From contig JBHGNT010000008.1 of NCBI GenBank assembly GCA_043228905.1, positions 9,796,001 through 9,860,000 of the forward strand: a DNA stretch of 64,000 nt. Reading direction: 5' to 3'. How positions within the stretch are numbered: the first letter of the stretch is position 1; each line of letters starts with the position of its first letter. This DNA comes from Azolla caroliniana (lineage: Eukaryota; Plantae; Polypodiophyta). A model generated the notes under the pieces. It saw only the letters and a program-made list of their open reading frames with translations, did no database searches and was not told where the DNA came from. Positions 38,382-49,219 of this stretch are shown here, piece after piece. A program made the translations under genes and the position numbers.

Positions 38382-40405
38382 ATTCGCGCAAAAGCCGCAC
38401 CACTATCGAGCACCTTCGTCTCCATCCGTGAAGCCGTGATAAAGGGTTGGCCGAGGATGACAGAATGTGAAACCTCATCCTGCACAAAGAAATTTTGGTC
38501 AATTTCGACATCCCCGATCTTTACCGTCACATCCGGACAAGCCGCAAATAGGTCTTCTGTCGTTTTCGTGGCTGCCCGAATCTTCCATCCATGGTTGGTG
38601 TTTATAGGCCACTTCCCCTTTCGGTAGAACTCCTTGGACATCAAGTTGATCTCCGATCCGTGATCAATCAATGCTAGCACGGGTTCTTTGATGTTGCCGA
38701 TTCGGACCGGAGTCTCCGTAGTCGCACGTGCCCAGTGTGGCCTTGTATAGTGGGAGTTCGGAATTTCGCCTTCCACTTCGGTGTCGTTCATTGAAACGGT
38801 ATTTGCATTCACCCTTGGAGCATTTTCCTCCGTACTTTGTCTCTTCCTTTTCACGAGATCCACGAGAAGATCGTGAAACTCCTTCTTCGCTATTCCGAGT
38901 AGTTCCCGCAGCGAAAAATCTACCCGGCTATCCAAGATTCTTTCCTCGAACACTCTTTTCAAGTCGGTTTGTTGTTCTATGTCCGAGGCGAGCTTGAATG
39001 CCGGAGTCGCCTTTTCTTTTCCCTTACCTCCGGAGTTCCAGCTTTCCGGTATCTTCGATGGTCCGGCCGCATCCTCCGTGCGCCGTCGTTTCTCGTCCAC
39101 ATACACCTCATGTAATTGACACAGGGCATATATGCTATTCTTGTCGACAGGACACTCCCATCCCGTAGCTTCCCGGACGCCTTCCGCGGTGTTTCGGATA
39201 TCGTTGGAGTCGGTTTTCTCGGTGTTTCCTAGCACCTCCGGCCAGAAAGACGCCTTCGCTCCCGATGACTCCCCGACACATATTCCCGCGGTTGTCGCAT
39301 AGTTGCTTCTTGCCGCTAACTCCTCTTCGAGCACCTTCTTCATGCCGCCTTTCCGGAAGTTCGGTCGGAGAGGCTTCCGAGAGTCCATCGAATGAATCCG
39401 GTTTCCCTCGTAGTAGATGAGATCCCGTCGTAGCACCTCCTTATGGTCGTCGCAATCCCTCCGATCGTGTTCGGCGCTATCGCACCATATGCACCGTCGA
39501 TCCGTATATTTGGAGCTTGTGGGGCGGTCATCCGACTTCTTCACCATCGCGATCTTTAGATTCTCCATCTCCTTCAGCAGCTGCTCCACCGTAGACGCGT
39601 CGACTCCCTTCTCGGCCGTAATCTCCCGAGCCCTCGGTTGATGGTCTTCCAGTCCCGTTCTCGGTTTCGGAATCGGTTCCGAAACCCTCTTTTCTTCGTT
39701 GGCAAGCCATTGCCCCCTCTTCGTGTACCGCGCGACGATATCCCGCACGCTTTCCCATGTTTCGGTGAGGCCGCTTTCGGTGGTCGTGTCCTCAAGAAGC
39801 ACTCCGATATCTTTCCGGTCCCGGACGTCCACAGCTCGCAAAAACATGATGACTTTGTCCGGTGCAAGAATAGTTTGATCTCTCGCGGACAACCTCCCAA
39901 ACCGACTTTCGAATGTCGAAAACACTTCGAGGACCTTCAGCCCCTTACCTGACGTTTCCACCCAATCCTCGAATCCCCTCCGCGTTGCCTTGGAGGAGTC
40001 CTCGATGGCAAACGTGGTCTTTAACGCCTCTTCGAATGCTTCCCACGTCGGATTTTGTTGTTGCAACCCGTGGATACTCCCTTGAAGCCCGTCGGTCGCC
40101 ACCCGGTTAAAGGATGTCACTTGCAGTCCTTCCGAAGCCCGGCACCGGAGCATCTCCGCCTTGTAGTCCTGCAAATATCGCGACACATCCTTACCATTAA
40201 ATTGCCCGTTGCGTTGCACGAGCCGCTCTACTGATGCCGAAATCTCCGACATCGTGCGTTGTTCTTGAAGCATCCGTTCGAACATCGCCATCATATTGTT
40301 AGCTTGTTGAGCCTCCATCTCCTTGCCACCCGTCTTCACGTCGGGCTCACCAACTGTGTCGTGCCTTTCGGCTCCGGATCGTTGCGTGAGTCGGGTGGGA
40401 ACCAC
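38279..40405 (-). CDS. gag: Gag-protease polyprotein (708 aa ORF)
   Basis: Uninterrupted ORF with Zn knuckle CIWCDSAEHDRRDC and aspartic protease motifs ALIDHGSEINLM and VILGQPF. The first ATG is ~90 nt inside the ORF. Confidence 0.9.
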   Translation of the reverse strand: MVPTRLTQRSGAERHDTVGEPDVKTGGKEMEAQQANNMMAMFERMLQEQRTMSEISASVERLVQRNGQFNGKDVSRYLQDYKAEMLRCRASEGLQVTSFNRVATDGLQGSIHGLQQQNPTWEAFEEALKTTFAIEDSSKATRRGFEDWVETSGKGLKVLEVFSTFESRFGRLSARDQTILAPDKVIMFLRAVDVRDRKDIGVLLEDTTTESGLTETWESVRDIVARYTKRGQWLANEEKRVSEPIPKPRTGLEDHQPRAREITAEKGVDASTVEQLLKEMENLKIAMVKKSDDRPTSSKYTDRRCIWCDSAEHDRRDCDDHKEVLRRDLIYYEGNRIHSMDSRKPLRPNFRKGGMKKVLEEELAARSNYATTAGICVGESSGAKASFWPEVLGNTEKTDSNDIRNTAEGVREATGWECPVDKNSIYALCQLHEVYVDEKRRRTEDAAGPSKIPESWNSGGKGKEKATPAFKLASDIEQQTDLKRVFEERILDSRVDFSLRELLGIAKKEFHDLLVDLVKRKRQSTEENAPRVNANTVSMNDTEVEGEIPNSHYTRPHWARATTETPVRIGNIKEPVLALIDHGSEINLMSKEFYRKGKWPINTNHGWKIRAATKTTEDLFAACPDVTVKIGDVEIDQNFFVQDEVSHSVILGQPFITASRMETKVLDSGAAFARIWSQNGGKSVQFLTVPANHERNKRELLSQVRMDF

Positions 40406-42809
40406 AGAGGTCTTGGACTAGGAGAAAGAAGTTCGTGAGATAGAGATTAATTATGAGTAAATAGCAAAGAGAAAGATAAGAAACTCGTGAATCACACGAG
40501 TATACTATATTAATTGGTACTTAGGGTGTTAAGAGAGAAGTAGATGTATAAATCGTGAATCCCACGAATAAATTTTGTATTGATTAATACTTAATCCAAA
40601 TAATCAACAACCCTTTACATATTTCTCTCCTCCTTATATAAGGAAAGAAGAGCTAAGCATGGCTTCATGCTTTTTTTTTTTTTACAAAAAGTGTTCATGT
40701 CCACTAAATGTGCATGTGATGCTTTTTTATTTCCTAAGTATAGGGCTCATGCACGCTAGATGTGCATGAGTTATTTTTAGTGTCTCGTGTTTTTCTTTTT
40801 CATATATTAAAAAATACACGATTTACCTTTTAATAAAGGTATGCATAAATAAGTATAGGGCTCATGCACGCTAGATGTGCATGAGTTATTTTTAGTGTCT
40901 CGTGTTTTTCTTTTTCATATATTAAAAAATACACGATTTACCTTTTAATAAAGGTATGCATAAATAAAGGTCTTATACGTATTAAATCTATATTTAAAAC
41001 ACTTAAGATAAGTTAATGTAATGGTAAGGTTGGGGTTTGTCAACGTGGAGGTGCAGAGTTCGAATCACGCCTTGCGCAGTAGTGAGTATTTCCTTTTTTT
41101 TTTTACATTTACGTCTCTTTATCCGGCTCTTCCATGCCGGTATGCCGTTTTCTTCCTTGCCGGTATGCCGTTTTCCTCCTTGCCGGTATGCCGTTTTTCC
41201 TCCGGTATGCCGTTTTTCCTCCTTGCCGGTATGCCGTTTTCCTCCTTGCCGGTATGCCGTTTTTCCTCCTTCCGGTTCTCACCGAGCACTCCATTCTCTA
41301 TCCGGAGGGACAAAAATATAATTTCCACATAGTGTGCAACCTACACTACGACAGCGTGGAGCAGCAAGAAGCAGCCCACAGTGGCTTTGTCAAGCACTAA
41401 GGCTGAGTACTAGGCCGATACCGTTGCCACTTGTGAAGCCATCTGGCTTCGGCGACTACTGCGAGACTTGCGGATCGAGGTACCGACCCCGATCCCGATT
41501 TACTGCGATAACATGAGTAGCCTGCAGCTCGCCAGGAACCCTGTGTTCCATGCTCGCACAAAGCACATCGAGGTGCACTACCACTTCGTGCGTGAGCGGC
41601 TCCTGAGCGGTGAAGTTGATCTACGGTATGTTCATACGGATCGGCAAGTTGCCGACATCTTCACCAAGCCGCTCGGATCGGACAAGTTGCAGCACTTTAC
41701 CGACATTTCTTGGTATTCAGCATCTCGACATGCCGCACTTGAGGGGGAGAAGCAAGGGCAAAGTCTCTATCGAAATGGGCAAAGTGGGCAAAGGCCAAAA
41801 AACTGTTGAACCCGTCGGTAAGAGGAGAGCCGGAAGAAGAGGAGACGAGTCGATGAAGGAAGTTGACACATCCGAACAGGTCGGAGCAAACGACTGTGAA
41901 GAAGAGTTGTGCACTCAGGAAGAGAAGTGCATGCTGTGGGGAGGTCATCACGACGGTACTGACCATGATGCGGAGTCAAATGAAGAATTCAATTTCGGTT
42001 CACCGGCTGAAGAAGCCGAGGGAAGCATGGAGAAGGCCAAGACTCAGAAGTGGTCTGATGTGGTGAGAAGCCTGAAGCCGGAAGTCGAATCGGAGTGTAC
42101 CGATTCGGACAAGAGCTGGAACGAGTCGGAGACAGCTGACTCGGATCAACAAATGGATCCGGATAAGTCGGATCGACTGAAGGCCAAGGGGACACGGACA
42201 CAGTGGAAGTCGATGCCATCGCGGGAGAACCGACGGATCGGCAAGCGCCGGAGTCACAGCAATGTGAGTGTTGAGATGGGCCTATTGAGCAGACATGCCG
42301 ACCGAGAGGGTCGAGGCGCGCAAAACCAAAGGCGTCGCAGCAAACGGGACTGGACCGGATGAGGAGCGCGAGCAAGGCGGAGTGACGCAAGGAGAAGTCG
42401 GTTGGAAGAACCGACTGCCACAGAGGTCGACACTACGACCCCAGCTCAGGTTGAGCTTGAGGGGGAGTGTTGAGCGGCAAGCTCAACCAGAGCCGGATCG
42501 ACTGAATAAGCCGGAGCCGGTAAGCGAGACGGATCGGGCGAAACGGATCGGTATGACGGTAAGCAACCGAACCGGCAAGCAGTGGAGGCCGGGTGCAATC
42601 CGTAATCGGCAGTCCAATCGGAAGCCTAGAATAGGATAGACTACTAGGTATCTATAGTCTCGTAGTAAGTGTCAGATGCTCGTGTGAGCATTGAAGTACA
42701 TGGTACTTCTGTCAGCCCCAAGAGGACTTGTATAAATAGTGCTACTTAGCACAGTGTGGATAGAGAGTCTTGATATAATTTTGAAATTGCGTTCTGCTCT
42801 CCCTGTCTC

Positions 42810-42848
<39 letters not shown>

Positions 42849-43449
42849 GTTTCTGTGTTGTTCTCTGTTTTACACTTCCGCAAACACTTACGTTTACAGG
42901 CTCTCTGGAACATATTTACATATATGTCCCTTCATTCGGTGAGAGGTTCTCACCGGGCCTGCAACATCCGGTTCTCACCAGGTCTTCCTTGCCGGGTACT
43001 CGTCATCTGGTTCTCACCAGGTCTTCCATTGTCGGGTACTCCACATCCAGTTTCGGCCTCGACTGAGTTGCTCATCAACACTGTTCTTCTCACGTCCCAT
43101 CCGGAGGGACCTGTTTCCTAACAAACTCCCCCTTCACTCCAGCATGGGATGTCTTACTAGTCTGATCCGCTTCCGACATGCATCCAACTTGTCGGGTTTC
43201 AGAAGTTTGGTCAGCATATCTGACCCGTTCCCAGCCGTGTGGATCTTCGTCAGTGCGAACTCTCGATCTTCTACTTGCTCCCGGATCCAGTGATACCTAC
43301 GCTGGATGTGCTTCATCCTAGAATGGTACGTTGCGTTCTTAGCAAGGTGGATGACACTTTGACTGTCGCAATAGAGCCGGTATTCATCTTTCCGGATACC
43401 GAGCTCTTCAATGAAGTCGTTCATCCATAGTATTTCCTTGCCGCCTTCC

Positions 43450-46400
43450 TGTCAGGAATAGTACTAAAGCAGAGATGGAATTAGTACTAAGAAGAGTAGT
43501 ACTATTAGTACTAAGAGGACGGGACTGCATAAGATTCCCGAGAGAGAGGAAGTGAGAAGAGGAGAGAGAGAGATAGGATGATGACAACAACTCTTATATT
43601 ATATGAAAGATAAGTACAAATCGGCTAAGAGGCTTAAGACTGGTGTTGAACCAATTTGGTTCAAAACAATGCCTTGTGCCTCCTTTTATAGTGTTTTTAG
43701 GAATAATCCTGAAGCTTCTAAAATGTTCCAGAGAGATCTGGAATATACATCAATTTTCTATGATAAAGCATAAATGAAAATAGTATCCTACAAATTACAA
43801 TTCATAGTCCGATGGTAAGAGCTCGACCCATGTAGCATAAGGTCATGGGTTCGAGTCTTGCCATATCATGACACTATCTCCCCCTTAAAGACGACAAGTG
43901 GAACGAGTCAGCGCTAATTGCGGACCGGGTTTGTCCGGATACTTTCGGTGGAAATCAGCAAGAAGATCTTGTGCATTGGCAACATGTTCGACGGGTTCCC
44001 AAGTACGTTCGCTCGGACTATAACTGAGCCAATCGACCAAGTAATAAAGTTTGTTGCGAACAAGTTTGGAATCGAGGATGGCAGCAACTTCATACTCCGG
44101 GTCGACGTTCAACGCCAACGGGGGCGGCGGTGGTGTCACACGATCGGGAATGGTGTTTGCGAGAACAATGGAAAACCGGATGTATCTGAAGCTGCGGAGG
44201 CAGATCAAGGCGGAAGGTGACATCATTAATCTTACCCGTAATACGGAAAGGACCGAGTCGTCGATAATCCAACTTGTCGCACGGTCGAGTAGTCTTGATG
44301 TGACGACGTAAGAGCCATACTCGATCTCCGATGGCAAAAGAGGAGGGAATCCGATGACGATCCGCATAAGTCTTCTGTGTGTGTTGAGCATGACGAAGGT
44401 GAGTAGAGAGATCCATCTAGATCTTGCGTAGCCTCTCCAAATGATCCTCGGCACGAGGGTTGGTAGGTAGCTCCGGAGTGTCGATCACCGACCAGCGAGG
44501 ATGGAAACCGGTATAAGCGAAAAATGGGGAGACCCGAGTCGAGGAGTGAATAGCATTATTATACGCAAACTCCGCAAAGTGGAGAATCTCAGCCCAATCG
44601 TCCTGTTGATAACTCAGGAAACACCGGAGATATTGCTCCAGCGTTTGGTTTGTTCGTTCCGCCTGCTCGTCGGTCTGAGGATGGTAGTCAGAGGAGAGGT
44701 TGCAGGAGACCTTGAGCATCTTGAAGAGATGCTGCCAAAATTTGGAGACAAATTGCGGGCCTCAGTCACTGATAATACTGTCTGGGAGGCCATGATGCCG
44801 AAATACCTCACGCATAACAAGAGCGGCGGTTTCCTCGCTAGTGGTGGCTTTAGTACATGGCACAAAATGTGCCATCTTCGTATATCGATCGACGACAGTT
44901 AGGATAGCATCGAACCCCTTCGAGACCGGCAGATCTGTGATAAAATCAAGACAAATAGACTACCATGGCTTACTTGGAATCGGTAAGGGTTCCAACAAGC
45001 CATATGGATGGTGTCGTGGCATCTTTGCTCGGTAGCAAGCATCATAGGTCCGAACGTAGTCGTCGACAAAACGGTGCATGTGGGGCCACCAAAAAGATCG
45101 CTGCACTAGCTCCAACGTCTTAGTACTACCGAAATGTCCCGTCGTATGGGTGTCGTGAAAATGTTGGACGATTTGAAGGCGACAAGAGCAATCGGGGACA
45201 TATACGCGCTTTTTAAAGAATAACAAACCATCATGAGATTCGAATTGTCGGTAGTCAATACCTGGTTGTTGAGACTGAGAACAGGATGCCCAAGAAGTAT
45301 CAATGTGCGCCAGGATGTCTTGAGCAAAACTATCCGTCTTCAAGGTTGCACGTATGTCATTGGTAATCCGTGAATCCATCGGGTTGTGAAAAATCCACGT
45401 CATGTGCAATTGTGTTGGTCCCAAGATTACTTGCTTTTGATTATCAAATGTTGCGTCACCAGGACGAGGTGCAAGATATGAACGTCGTGATAGTGCATCT
45501 GCTTTTCCTTGCTGCTTCCCCAGTCGATATGTGATTTTGAAGTCGAAACGCGTGAGGAATTGCCGTCGATTTAGTACGCGAGCGTTCTGAAAATAAGCAA
45601 GATTTTTATGATCGCTAAAGACAATGACCTGATGTGGAGAGCCCTCTAAGAAATGCCGCCATTGTACAAATGAATCCACGATGGCTAATAACTCCTTGTC
45701 ATGTATTTCGTAGTTGATTTCTGCGACATCGAATTTGCACGAATGGAAAGCCACCGGATGCAACTCTTCTTTATCGCCTTGTTGAGAAAGGATGCTACCG
45801 AGGGTGAAATCTGATGCGTCGGCCTCCATGATGAATGGTTTGCTTGTATCCACATGAGCTAGAATCAATGCTGATGTAAAGGCTTTCTTAAGATGCCGAA
45901 AAGCCATATCTGCTTCTATGGACCAAAGAAATGCTTGGCCCTTCTTCGTAAGTTGTGTGAGAGGTAAAATAATCTTCGAGTAATCCTGTATAAACTTACG
46001 GTAGAAGTTAGCAAAACCTAGAAAACATTGTACATCTCGTACTGACCGTGGAATTTGCTACTCTAGTACAGTTTGGATTTTAGCTGGATCCATGGCGATG
46101 CCCTTTGAGGAGATGACGTAGCCTAGAAATTCCACTTGCTTGCAGTCAAAGCTACAAATTTTTTCTAGCTTGGCATAAAGACCATTCTCGCGGAGTCGCT
46201 TTAGTACTAATAGTACATGAGAATCGTGCTCTTCCTGGGTCTTCGAATAAATCAATAGATCATCCAGATAAATGATCAAACAGATATCCAAGAGGTCTCT
46301 GAATATATCATTTGCCATGTGTTGGAAGACTGCGGGTGCATTGCTTAGGCCAAACGGCATAACAGTATACTCGAAATGCCCATACCGCGTGTGAAAGGCG

Positions 46401-49079
46401 GTCTTCCACTCATCTCCCGGTCGGATCCACACGAGGTTATACACTCCTCGTAGGTCGATTTTAGTAAAAAACTTGGCACCATTAACTCGCTCTAAAAGAC
46501 TTGATATAAGAGGAAGTGCATACCTATTCCGGATGGTGACTTTATTCAATCTGCGGTAATCAACGACAAGACGAAGTGAGCCATCTTTCTTCTTGACAAA
46601 GAAGATGGGTGCACCGGCCGGAGATTTCGAATGGCGGATGAACCCGCTTGCCAAGTTCTCCTCTATGTAGGCTCGAAGGACTTCTAATTCGATGGGTGAC
46701 AAGTTGTAAATTGGTCCCCATGGTGGCTCGGTTCCTGGTTGTAAATCGATGGGACAGTCATAGGGACGGTGATGAGGAAGGGTACCAGCTTTTACCTTGT
46801 CAAATACATCGGCATAAGGATGATATTTTGCTGGAAGTTGTACTGAGGAGTCCTTCTTAATAGTGCTGGAAGGATGTACTGATATTGCAAATAGGAACAT
46901 TGCCTCCTTGGGTCCTTCGCGTAGTTGATGGAGTGAAATGGTCGAAACTTGGTGAGTTGATTCTTGGGGTGGTCGATATCGGACTTCTCTTGTTCTCCAA
47001 TCTATGGATGGATTATGTAATTCAAACCAAGGTAATCCTAGGACAATGGGATGCTCTGGACTACTAATTATATTAAATGATATTATACACACAAAACTAC
47101 CTAGGACAACTTGAATGGGTTCTGATTCTTCTACAATATTCCCGGAAGCAATGGGACGACCATCAATGACTACTACAGATGCGGGAGAAGGAAGTTTTCT
47201 TAAGGATATCTGAGAAGCTTGGGCAAAATTTCGATCCATGAAACAGGAATTAGCTCCGGAATCTAAAAGTGCTAGGACGGGTACTGGGGGATTTCTTTTA
47301 ATACTAACAATGACTTGGGCTAGGAACACATTGCTAACTTGGAAGGAATGGAACCACTAATGGGCTGTACAGATCTAGGGCTGCTGTCCAACCAAACGGC
47401 TCCTATTTTGGCTGGACTCAATCGTTTAACACTTCATCTAATTGACTAAGGATTTCAAATTTATTTGAGATACTTGGGCTATTAGTACTATGAATACTAT
47501 CAAACACTCTATTAGTACTATTAATACTATCAGACACTCCTAAGTGAAGAATTGACTCGGGTTTAGTACAGGCTACAATTTGATTTACTTGTCTTCTTGG
47601 CCTATGGGGACAATTGATTGCGATATGCCCTGGTCCACCGCAATAAAGACATAATCGATTTGCACGTCGTCGTTGCTTTTCTTCTTCCGATAACGGGCCG
47701 CGTCGACGCATGGTATCAATCTCCATCGGTGTCGAAGTATTTGCTTGAGGTATGTCTCGTGCAAACGGTCTAGCCGCGACTGCAGCGTAAGTGGGCTCTG
47801 GCCTAGTGCATGGTATCTGTAATTGACGTTCTGAACATCATTCGAAGAGGCGGTTGTCACATCGGATCGCTCGACTGATTGCCTCCGTAAGAGACTTTGG
47901 TTCTTCGGGGAAGGTTAGAAGTAGATCTTTGACATCATTTCGCAGGCCATAGCGAAACTGCTCCATTAGTGCTTGATCATCCCAGGGTATGTCGGAAGCA
48001 AGTAGGCGGAAATCCGCCACGTAGGCAGAGGCTGGACGATCGCCTTGACGCAATCGCCGGATCTTGTGGATCGCCGTCCTGATGCTGTCGGTGTCTCCAA
48101 AGCAGGCTTTGAACTCACTAATAAAATCTTCAAAGTTATTAAGCAAGGGTGATTGTTTTTCTAGAAGCGGAGCGAACCATGCTAAGGCTGAGCCGCTAAG
48201 CAACGTGCCTATTAAGCCGACTCAGGATGCATCAGTGGGGTATCAGGAAGGATGCATTTGGAGGACTAATCGTACCTGATTAAGGAATCCCCTGAATTGC
48301 GATCGCGTTCCATCAAATTTCACAGGAAGTCCAATCTTCGGCTCTTTATGAAATCCTTGGGGACTTGATCCTTGTTGTTGCAATGCCGCTTCGAGTTGTT
48401 GCACCCGTAGCACTAACTCCCCATGTTGTTGCTGCGTTTGTTGCTTTTCTAGAGCGATTTGTTGCAGATCCCCTATCAGCCGTTGGTTTTCTTGTTCCAG
48501 GGAAACAAACTTTTCTTTTAGGCACTGTAACTCGGAGAAAACGGATTGATATTCTTGGGCGCTAACAGTAGCCATAGTAGAGGGAAAAGGGTAGGAGGAT
48601 GAGGGAGAACAACAAATAGGCTGGAGGAAAGAGGAACAAATTGGTTCAAACTGTCAGGAATAGTACTAAAACAGAGATGGAATTAGTACTAAGAAGAGTA
48701 GTACTATCTATTAGTACTAAGAGGACGGGACTGTGTAAGATTCCCGAGAGAGAGGAAGTGAGAAGAGGAGAGAGAGAGATAGGATGATGACAACAGCTCT
48801 TATATTATATGAAAGATAAGTACAAATCGGCTAAGAGGCTTAAGACTGGTGTTGAATCAATTTGGTTCAAAACAATGCCTTGTGCCTCCTTTTATAGTGT
48901 TTTTAGGAATAATCTTGAAGCTTCTAGAATGTTCCAGAGAGATCAGGAATATACATCAGTTTTCTATGATAAAGCATAAATGAAAATAATATCCTACAAA
49001 TTACAATTCATAGTCTACTGGTAAGAGCTCGACCCATGTAGCATAAGGTCATGGGTTTGAGTCTTGCCATATCATGACA
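43450..49079 (-). mobile_element. Full-length Tcn1-like chromovirus (Ty3/gypsy), ORFs disrupted
   Basis: LTRs 43450-43873 and 48652-49079; TSD CTTCC (43445-43449 / 49080-49084); gag 47418-48575 ([14 protein letters not shown]); protease LLDSGA and RT YLDD (46058-47329); RNase H and integrase; chromodomain EYEVAAILDSK..YYLVDW..Y..SERTWEP (43885-44100). Confidence 0.95.
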
Positions 49080-49219
49080 CTTCCACAACCGCCATGTACT
49101 CCGCCTCCGTGGTTGACAACGCAACCGTCTTCTGCAGCCTCGACTGCCACGAAACAGCTCCCCTTGCATGTGTCATTACATACCCGGATGTAGACCGGCT
49201 TGTATCCACATCAGCCTAA

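Larger units (their letters stand above)
33873..41353 (-). mobile_element. Intact-looking non-chromoviral Ty3/gypsy element (possibly Phygy/Selgy-like) with 4-bp TSD and tRNA-Trp PBS
   Basis: LTRs 33873-34689 and 40357-41353 (TGTCG...CGACA); TSD GCGT (33869-33872 / 41354-41357); PBS TGGTGAGCCCGACGTGAA on the minus strand (~40335-40352), complementary to the plant tRNA-Trp 3' end; PPT GGAGGGGGCGAG. Confidence 0.95.
29495..42898 (+). mobile_element. Full-length Ty1/copia element (family A), interrupted by the gypsy at 33873-41353
   Basis: LTRs 29495-29901 and 42468-42898; TSD GGCTC (29490-29494 / 42899-42903); PBS TGGTATCAGAGC at 29902; PPT TTGAGGGGGAG before 42468. Confidence 0.95.
29047..49216 (-). 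mobile_element. Host Tork-like copia remnant: 3' LTR split into 29047-29494 and 42899-43123, PPT, RNase H 43134-43449 plus 49080-49216
   Basis: LTR ends match the 6405 and 57675 LTRs (TGTTAGGAAACAGGTC...TTCCCGTCA on the minus strand); RNase H motif LYCDSQSVIHLAKN..YHSRMKHI; the sequence resumes exactly after each nested insertion. Confidence 0.85.
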
